A stretch of DNA of 64,000 nucleotides, taken from contig JBGCDS010000030.1 in the NCBI GenBank assembly GCA_045105615.1, forward strand, positions 16,498-80,497. The letters run 5' to 3'. The notes under the pieces were generated by a model, which was not told where the DNA came from, did not search any database, and was given only the letters and a program-made list of their open reading frames with translations. Made by a program: the position numbers and the translations under genes. The DNA comes from Gammaproteobacteria bacterium. GTDB taxonomy: Bacteria; Pseudomonadota; Gammaproteobacteria; UBA4575. Within the stretch, counting starts at the first letter, position 1; the number at the start of each line of letters is the position of its first letter. Below are positions 57,957-64,000 of the stretch, piece by piece.

Positions 57957-58220
57957 TTAGGTGGTTTCACCAATTTTTAGCAATAAAGTCGCGCCATGAA
58001 TCGCATATCCGTTTTTTTCTATCTGTCTAAGCACGTCTTTTTGATCTAATGCCGGGTGCATTTTGCTGGCATCAATCTCTAATCGAGTTCTAAACGGTGA
58101 CAGCGTCAAGAGGTCTTTATCGACTGACTCGGGTAATGTTAATTCGCTAATTTTGGTGCCCTTAGGGACAGATATAAATTTATCGCCTTTAACTGCACTG
58201 TTGTAAATATCTATTTTCAA
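57957..58220 (-). CDS. YcgL-like domain protein (tentative)
   Basis: There is no ATG start; TTG at 58220 (MKIDIYNSAVKGDKFISV...) or TTG at 58259. Loose resemblance to the YcgL pattern IY.S.K....Y..V and L...D...V...I...GY. Confidence 0.35.
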   Translation of the reverse strand: MKIDIYNSAVKGDKFISVPKGTKISELTLPESVDKDLLTLSPFRTRLEIDASKMHPALDQKDVLRQIEKNGYAIHGATLLLKIGETT

Positions 58221-58273
58221 GTTAAGCCTTAATGTGAATTTGTAAAGTTGAATGCCCAAGCATATCAGTGAAA

Positions 58274-58750
58274 TTAATTGCGTGTGGCAGGTTTAACAAT
58301 CATCGTATTTCCATTCACAGAAGTAATAATGCATTGTTCTCCATTAGCAATCGTGTCTACTCCTGAATGACTATCTAAACGACTATTCCAGTCAATTCCT
58401 GAGTAACGAATCGTCCCAGTACTGGAAGTAATATCGCTACTTGCGCTGACTGTTTTACTAATCATGTCACTACTGGTGTCTGCGCCTCCTCCAGAATTTT
58501 GAAAATTCTTTAAGGGTTTCCATAAAAGCAGGGTGGTTACTGCAGTAATGATGCCTAATGTAAATATTTCCATTTCCCAGCCAGAGATAAGGCCAAAACT
58601 AATCAGTACCCCCGTGACAAAGCTGGCAATTGCAAAGAATAATAGTGGGCCACCAAAGCCAAGAATAGTGAGCTCGACAATAAAGCTAATGCCGGCAACT
58701 AAATAAAAGAAATGATCATGATGATCAGCTATGTATTGCATGATGTCCAA
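58274..58750 (-). CDS. NfeD-family membrane protein
   Basis: 158 aa. Three or four TM helices and a C-terminal OB-like soluble domain. Lies immediately downstream of the SPFH gene with a 2-nt gap. Confidence 0.8.
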   Translation of the reverse strand: MDIMQYIADHHDHFFYLVAGISFIVELTILGFGGPLLFFAIASFVTGVLISFGLISGWEMEIFTLGIITAVTTLLLWKPLKNFQNSGGGADTSSDMISKTVSASSDITSSTGTIRYSGIDWNSRLDSHSGVDTIANGEQCIITSVNGNTMIVKPATRN

Positions 58751-58752
58751 GA

Positions 58753-59742
58753 CTAGGCTCCTTCTGACTGACTAGGGAGTTTCAGGCTGCTAGAAACAGC
58801 AATCGCCTGGGCTACGGTATTAACAACATTATCACTAGTCTTGCCGTCACTTAGAACCACAGTACTTTCCGAAGCGATGGCACGATGCGCTGCAATAGCT
58901 TCGCGTCCTAGCTGTAATGTCATTGCTGATTCACCTGAATCCGTTTTAGCCATGTCACCCACCGTCTTTAAAGCGCTGGCATCCGCTTCAGCAACTAAGC
59001 GTATTGCGGTAGCTTTACCCATCGCTTGCAAGATCTGTGCTTCTTTATCTGCTTCTGCCGAAAGGACCTGCTCTGCTTTAGCGGCCTCTGCATCGAGTAC
59101 GCGTGCGGCTTTTAAGCCCTCTGCTTCAGTGATCGCTGCCGTTTTAACCCCTTCAGCTGTAAGTATGACGGAGCGTTTTTCACGTTCGGCCGTCATCTGT
59201 TTTTCCATGTCCTCACGAATTGACTGAGGCGGTGCAATATCTTTAATTTCATAACGAGTTACCATTACGCCCCAGGGGTGTGTGGCTTCTGTCATCGCAT
59301 TTAATATAGTTGCGTTGATGTTATCGCGACTTTGGAAACATTCATCAAGCTCCATTGAGCCAATTGCATTACGCATGGTAGTCATGGCTAGCTGCGTGAC
59401 TGCCATTTTGTAATCCGTCACATTATTAGTTGCGGCGCCGGCATCGGTCACCTTCATAAATAAAATGCCATCAATATGCAGAGAGATATTGTCTCTTGTA
59501 ATCGCGGACTGAGAAGAAATATCTAAGGCCTGCTCTTTAAGATTACGGTCAGCTGCCACGCGCTGAACAAAAGGAATAATGAAGTTCAAACCAGCGGATA
59601 ATGTTTTGTCGTATTTACCAAATGTATATATTACATAGCCGCGGTTTTGAGGCACAAAATGAATACCTTTTTTCAAGGTATAAATAATCACTAATGCAAT
59701 CCACAATAATGGGCTTGAAAATAAATCAGCAACAAAGTCCAT
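58753..59742 (-). CDS. SPFH/band-7 (stomatin/QmcA-like) protein
   Basis: 329 aa. N-terminal TM helix, an SPFH core (VPQNRGYVIYTFGKY, TRDNISLHIDG) and an Ala/Glu-rich coiled coil. Confidence 0.88.
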   Translation of the reverse strand: MDFVADLFSSPLLWIALVIIYTLKKGIHFVPQNRGYVIYTFGKYDKTLSAGLNFIIPFVQRVAADRNLKEQALDISSQSAITRDNISLHIDGILFMKVTDAGAATNNVTDYKMAVTQLAMTTMRNAIGSMELDECFQSRDNINATILNAMTEATHPWGVMVTRYEIKDIAPPQSIREDMEKQMTAEREKRSVILTAEGVKTAAITEAEGLKAARVLDAEAAKAEQVLSAEADKEAQILQAMGKATAIRLVAEADASALKTVGDMAKTDSGESAMTLQLGREAIAAHRAIASESTVVLSDGKTSDNVVNTVAQAIAVSSSLKLPSQSEGA

Positions 59743-59845
59743 AGTCTTTTCCTAATGAAATAGTCTGCTAATGATAATGTATTTTGGCAAATACAGTGCG
59801 GGAAATTACAGTGCTTGAGGCTAGGAAAGCTAGGTTTTCGATAGG

Positions 59846-60067
59846 TTAGGGTGTTTGGCTGAGTTGGATCTGCATTTTTTCATCAGCAAACTCAATAATA
59901 TCGCCAGAGATTATTTTTTTACGTTTCCTGGTTTCAATCTCATTGTTGACCAATACCTGCCCGTCAGCAATAACAGATTTGGCTTCTGCACCACTAGAGA
60001 CAATACCTTCAAACTTTAATATTTTGTAAAGCTCAACGGGTTCAGATGTTATTTCAACAATAGTCAT
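59846..60067 (-). CDS. ybcJ: S4-domain RNA-binding protein YbcJ-like
   Basis: 73 aa. VELYKILKFEGIVSSGAEAKSVIADGQVLVNNEIETRKRKKI closely parallels E. coli YbcJ. Confidence 0.8.
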   Translation of the reverse strand: MTIVEITSEPVELYKILKFEGIVSSGAEAKSVIADGQVLVNNEIETRKRKKIISGDIIEFADEKMQIQLSQTP

Positions 60068-60422
60068 ATACGCTTTTTCTATATTTCACCAGGTAAGAGT
60101 GCTCGTGATGTAAATTCTAATTCTATCTTAAATAGTGATATCGATTGATGTCGAGATGGAAATATAATAATCACGAAACGAATATAACTATTCCGTATTT
60201 CATTATACGATGCTACTTAGTCAATGTAGTTCCATGTATTATTAATATTCCTAGACCGGATAAAAATGATTGCTGGCAGAGTGCGGTTTTTCATTAAGCT
60301 AGATACTTGGCGACTGAATAAGGCGTATCCTGTTCTCGATTGTTTTATCGATTGGGGTTATAGGCGGCCGCGCTAGCGTGCATCCGATTGAGTGACTTGA
60401 TAGAGTTTTATCTATAATAACT

Positions 60423-60650
60423 TTAAAAAGCTCCTAGTATGAATAACCATGAGATTGAGCCTAAAAAAATCATAAGACCAATACTTACCCAAAAACCTCG
60501 AGAATTTTCAGTTTTACTATAGGTTGTACGTTGACCAGAGGGGTCTCGTATTGTGATGCTTCCTTGTCTATTAGAATAGTAAGCATAAAGGGGTGCAACA
60601 ATTGCGCAAATCCAAACCAGAAACTGTTGCATAGCACTTAGTTCTTCCAT
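60423..60650 (-). CDS. Hypothetical small membrane protein (75 aa)
   Basis: ORF with a GAGGA RBS. Two hydrophobic helices flank a polar loop. Confidence 0.4.
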   Translation of the reverse strand: MEELSAMQQFLVWICAIVAPLYAYYSNRQGSITIRDPSGQRTTYSKTENSRGFWVSIGLMIFLGSISWLFILGAF

Positions 60651-60785
60651 ATATCCTCGTATTCAATATACGGGTGTTCCCCATGTTTTTGAATTGCGAA
60701 TTCTCGCGCATATAATTTCATTTAGGTTTTACTCTTGTGGTGGTAACGTGGTACGTAGTCCGATGGATATTGTTAGATGAATAAT

Positions 60786-61964
60786 TTACAAGAGCTTGGT
60801 TAATCCAAGAATCAATTTTTCAATGCCATTTTTTACAGTATTGCAGGTGAGCGCCCCGTAAGAAACTCTTAGATAAGAACCATTAGGTGCTGCAAATGCA
60901 CTACCAGGAATTGTGGCAACACCAAATCTTTCTATGAGTTGTTTGGCAATGGCGAGGTCATGTTTGTGTGTATCTAACTTTATAAATAAATAGAATGCCC
61001 CTTCTGAGATGGCGGACCTGTTTAATAAGTCTGACGTATTTAATGCATCTAAACAGGTTTGTCGAGATTGTTTGATTTCTTTTAGATTGTTTGCAATGTA
61101 GGAATAGGGTGCTTTATGTGCGCCTAATGCTGCATATTGAGAAATAATGGTTGGTGAGATGAGTACGGTGTCTTGTACTTTTCTTAATGAAGAAAACAAT
61201 GCGTTGGGAATAACCATGTAACCAACGCGCCAACCGGCAAAGCCATAGGCCTTTGATAATGAATATAAGCTGATGGTGTGGGCTTCAGAATTCGTTATTG
61301 AAGCACAGGAGAAATGTTTGTGGTCCTCGTGTAAGAAATCTTCGTAAGCTTCATCTGAGATATGATAAATGCCATGTTGAGCGCATAGCTGATTTATGGC
61401 GGTTAATTCATCTTTTGTGTATACCGCGCCAGTTGGATTGTTGGGTGACACAGTAACAATAGCACGTGTTTTATTGGTAATGGCATTTTTAATGCGTTCA
61501 ATATCTGGGTGGTAAGTATCAAGTGTTGGCACTAATACTGGTTTAGCATTGGCTAAGCGTATTGCCATTTCATGGTTGAAGTAATAAGGCGTAAGTAGAA
61601 TGATTTCATCGTCTGGATCGGAAATGGCTACCATTAATGAGCTGAATGCCATGTTTGAACCGGCTGTGACAAATACTTTGTTATCTTTATTAATACTTAT
61701 GTTGTTTCTGCTGTGTAGTTTATTCGCTAAGGTTTGGGTTAATTCAGGAATACCTTCTACTGGGCCATAAGCGTTCAACTTGGCTGATATTAATTGTGTT
61801 TTTACTTCATCGTAGGCTTGTTGCGGTGGGCCATAGTAGGCAACGCCTTGGCCTAGTGAAATAGTACCGGGGTGTTCGCGTGCCAATTGTGTGATGGTGG
61901 GTATGATCGGTGTTTGAACTGCATCTACACGCTGACTATGTATTTTTTTTATTGATTCGTCCAT
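60786..61964 (-). CDS. Class I/II PLP-dependent aminotransferase
   Basis: 392 aa. PLP-lysine motif SLSKAYGFAGWRVGY and NPNNPTG-like SPNNPTGAV. Confidence 0.88.
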   Translation of the reverse strand: MDESIKKIHSQRVDAVQTPIIPTITQLAREHPGTISLGQGVAYYGPPQQAYDEVKTQLISAKLNAYGPVEGIPELTQTLANKLHSRNNISINKDNKVFVTAGSNMAFSSLMVAISDPDDEIILLTPYYFNHEMAIRLANAKPVLVPTLDTYHPDIERIKNAITNKTRAIVTVSPNNPTGAVYTKDELTAINQLCAQHGIYHISDEAYEDFLHEDHKHFSCASITNSEAHTISLYSLSKAYGFAGWRVGYMVIPNALFSSLRKVQDTVLISPTIISQYAALGAHKAPYSYIANNLKEIKQSRQTCLDALNTSDLLNRSAISEGAFYLFIKLDTHKHDLAIAKQLIERFGVATIPGSAFAAPNGSYLRVSYGALTCNTVKNGIEKLILGLTKLL

Positions 61965-61978
61965 GAACTTAATAATCT

Positions 61979-64000
61979 TTACATTGTAATACGTCGATAA
62001 ATATCAGACACCTTATAAGGTAGTTTGTCGACCTGATCAACAATGGTGAAATTAACAGGGCCATACATATGTTGTAGGTAGTCCATAGCTTCATCATCAA
62101 TAGTGATGCAAAAAGGATGTATGCCTAAAAATTTAGCTTCAATTAATGCGCGCCGTGTATCTTCTATGCCATAAGCACCACGGTATCCATCTTGGTCGTC
62201 GGGTCTGCCGTCGGACAGGGTGATTAGTACTTTGGTTTTTGCTTCTACGCGTGAGAGTAATTTAGATAAGTGTCGGATCGCAACTCCCATACGGGTGTAA
62301 TCCTGTGGCTTGATGCTGGCAATGCGATTTTTGACGGTAGTGGAATAGTGTTCATCAAAGTCTTTGATTTTGTATAAATCACAACGGCGGTGAGTTAATC
62401 CAGAAAAGCCATAAATTGCATAGCGATCACCCAGGACTTCTAACGACTCGCATAATAGAACTAAGGCTTCACGTTCCATGTCGTTAATCCAGCCTGAAGT
62501 GGAGCCGCTCATGTCTACCATGAACATCACTGCAATATTACGATCAACTTTGCGTTGTTTAACGAATAAATTTTGGCTGACTTCTTCGCCATTGACCATA
62601 TCGGCATAGGATGAAATAACAGCGTCTAAATCTATGTCTTCTCCATAGGGTTGTTTGCGTATTCTTCTGTCTTCATCGCGCAATGCTTCAAAGGTTCTGT
62701 GTAAGTGTTTTAATAAGCTGCGATGTTTGTTGAGTGTTTGCTCGACAAAGTTAGAAGGTTTTCCGACGACATCTATTTCACGAAGGTGGCACCATTCCTT
62801 GCGGTATTTTTGTCGCGAGTGGTCCCACTCATCATATAATAAGACTTCACCATCACCTGCGCGAATATTGATGTCGTCCTGTTGTTCGTCACCATCACCT
62901 GTTTGGTAGGCATTGCTGTCCACGGGTGATAGATAATCTTCTGGAATTTCACCTAAATCTTGTTTGATCGACTCCAATAATTCCTGAATATTATCAGGTG
63001 GCTCAATTGACTCGCCATCCAGAGCTAGCTCAAAACGATAGCCATCGGGCGTTTCATTGTCTTCAATTTCACGAACTTCAAAACGATTGCCATCCTGTTC
63101 ATCATCAACTGGCATGTCTTGATTATTGTCGATAGATTCTTTTTGTAGTTCGTCTAAGGCAAGTTGTAGATTATCTTTATCTTGATCTATGCGCTGTTCC
63201 ATTGTTTGCTTGGCAAGCGCAGGATTTAATATACCTTGATAGAGTGTGTCTTCTGGAGTGAAATCATGATCATAAAGTTCATAAACAATGCGAGCAGTGT
63301 CATGCGCTGTTGCCTGTTCAGACGATAAGGTGTTGATTGCACTTTGCCAGGGTGGTGATAGATCTTCTGCAACAAGTAAGGAATTAAATTTTCCTATTGC
63401 ACGTCCGATACCAGGGAGTTCTCGTCTGATATTGGCATCTAATCTAACAGTTTCAAGTTTATGAAATAAGTTGATCGCTTTTTGTTTGTCTGCAAAATTT
63501 TCAACAAGCTGTTGTATGTCGACATGCCAAGTACCAAACCATGTCTGTGCCCACTGGTGAACAGCGATAGATTTATATAAGGCAAAGTTATCTTCGCGAT
63601 TTTTGAAGGTAGAAATATTTTCTGGAAGATGAATGACTTCTGTATCAGTAAATAATTGATCACTTTGTTCTAGCTTAAGTGCTCGCCCATTGAGGCCAGT
63701 AATCACGCTTTCAACGATCCGACTAATCTCATCAAAGCTGACTGATGTTGGCGCGACCGCCATAGTGTCGACATAGTCATCGACTTTTTTCATTGCGATA
63801 ATGCAATCATCCATTCCTTGGGCGCGATAAATTTTTAATAAATGGGATATCCATGACTCCCAGTCTTCTTCATCAATGACTTTTAAGCTAGGTGGTGCAA
63901 AGTGGCAAAAATTGAATGCAAGCATGACATCAATTAAGGAGATGCTATCCACAGAGTGAATAAATCGCTCTTGATCCGCTAAGCTAGCACCAACTAATGC
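61979..64000 (-). CDS. CbbO/NorD-family von Willebrand factor A protein; N-terminus is outside the window
   Basis: C-terminal VWA domain with MIDAS DMSGSTSG. Long helical and acidic N-terminal part. My translation shows the frame stays open from the track GVG-start position 63952 (a GTG codon) to position 64000, so the real start lies upstream of the window. Confidence 0.8.
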   Translation of the reverse strand, partial: ALVGASLADQERFIHSVDSISLIDVMLAFNFCHFAPPSLKVIDEEDWESWISHLLKIYRAQGMDDCIIAMKKVDDYVDTMAVAPTSVSFDEISRIVESVITGLNGRALKLEQSDQLFTDTEVIHLPENISTFKNREDNFALYKSIAVHQWAQTWFGTWHVDIQQLVENFADKQKAINLFHKLETVRLDANIRRELPGIGRAIGKFNSLLVAEDLSPPWQSAINTLSSEQATAHDTARIVYELYDHDFTPEDTLYQGILNPALAKQTMEQRIDQDKDNLQLALDELQKESIDNNQDMPVDDEQDGNRFEVREIEDNETPDGYRFELALDGESIEPPDNIQELLESIKQDLGEIPEDYLSPVDSNAYQTGDGDEQQDDINIRAGDGEVLLYDEWDHSRQKYRKEWCHLREIDVVGKPSNFVEQTLNKHRSLLKHLHRTFEALRDEDRRIRKQPYGEDIDLDAVISSYADMVNGEEVSQNLFVKQRKVDRNIAVMFMVDMSGSTSGWINDMEREALVLLCESLEVLGDRYAIYGFSGLTHRRCDLYKIKDFDEHYSTTVKNRIASIKPQDYTRMGVAIRHLSKLLSRVEAKTKVLITLSDGRPDDQDGYRGAYGIEDTRRALIEAKFLGIHPFCITIDDEAMDYLQHMYGPVNFTIVDQVDKLPYKVSDIYRRITM

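Noticed and set aside
60364-60377. Adjacent NotI (GCGGCCGC) and NheI (GCTAGC) recognition sites in an AT-rich intergenic region, resembling a cloning linker.
   Set aside because: It is only 14 nt long and has no flanking vector-like, marker or repeat sequence. A short GC-rich palindromic patch can occur by chance or as part of a weak hairpin. There is nothing else to suggest engineering.
1-64000. I scanned for CRISPR arrays, tRNA/rRNA genes, IS elements, integrases, prophage genes and toxin-antitoxin pairs.
   Set aside because: I saw no regularly spaced direct repeats, no T-loop GGTTCGAATCC-type signatures in the intergenic regions, and no transposase, recombinase or phage-like ORFs. The window appears to be stable chromosome, not a mobile island.

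Overview
AT-rich, gene-dense chromosomal segment that looks like a marine gammaproteobacterium with a polar flagellum. I saw no rRNA, tRNA, CRISPR array, transposase, integrase or phage gene. There are four blocks. (1) 1-21 kb, plus strand: a sigma-54/sigma-28 flagellar export and basal-body cluster, flrB(partial)-flrC-fliEFGHIJKLMNOPQR-flhBAFG-fliA. It ends in a DUF2802-like gene without the chemotaxis genes that usually follow fliA. (2) 21.3-32.1 kb, minus strand: one uninterrupted run urtABCDE, an unlisted 56-aa His-rich membrane ORF, then ureDABCEFG. (3) 32-45 kb: a mosaic of regulatory and redox genes. These are an atypical MerR-like regulator, a membrane NERD protein, a 2Fe-2S ferredoxin, an unlisted DUF2892 ORF, an ECF sigma/anti-sigma pair, ATP sulfurylase, an MsrB with a twin-arginine signal, a PilZ protein and CbiX. 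The most interesting item is a three-gene RiPP-type operon at 41098-43286 on the minus strand: a secreted 12-Cys precursor, a DUF692/MNIO oxidase and a DUF2063 partner. It resembles the bufferin/Hvf metallophore systems. Its precursor is a tandem duplication of a 6-Cys module behind a lipoprotein signal peptide. (4) 45-64 kb: housekeeping genes (dsbB, metX, gltA, mobAB, moeB, prc, cspA, an SPFH/NfeD pair, an aminotransferase) and a 5'-truncated CbbO/NorD-family VWA protein at the window edge. All functional calls rest on motif recognition by eye and gene order. No database search was run.
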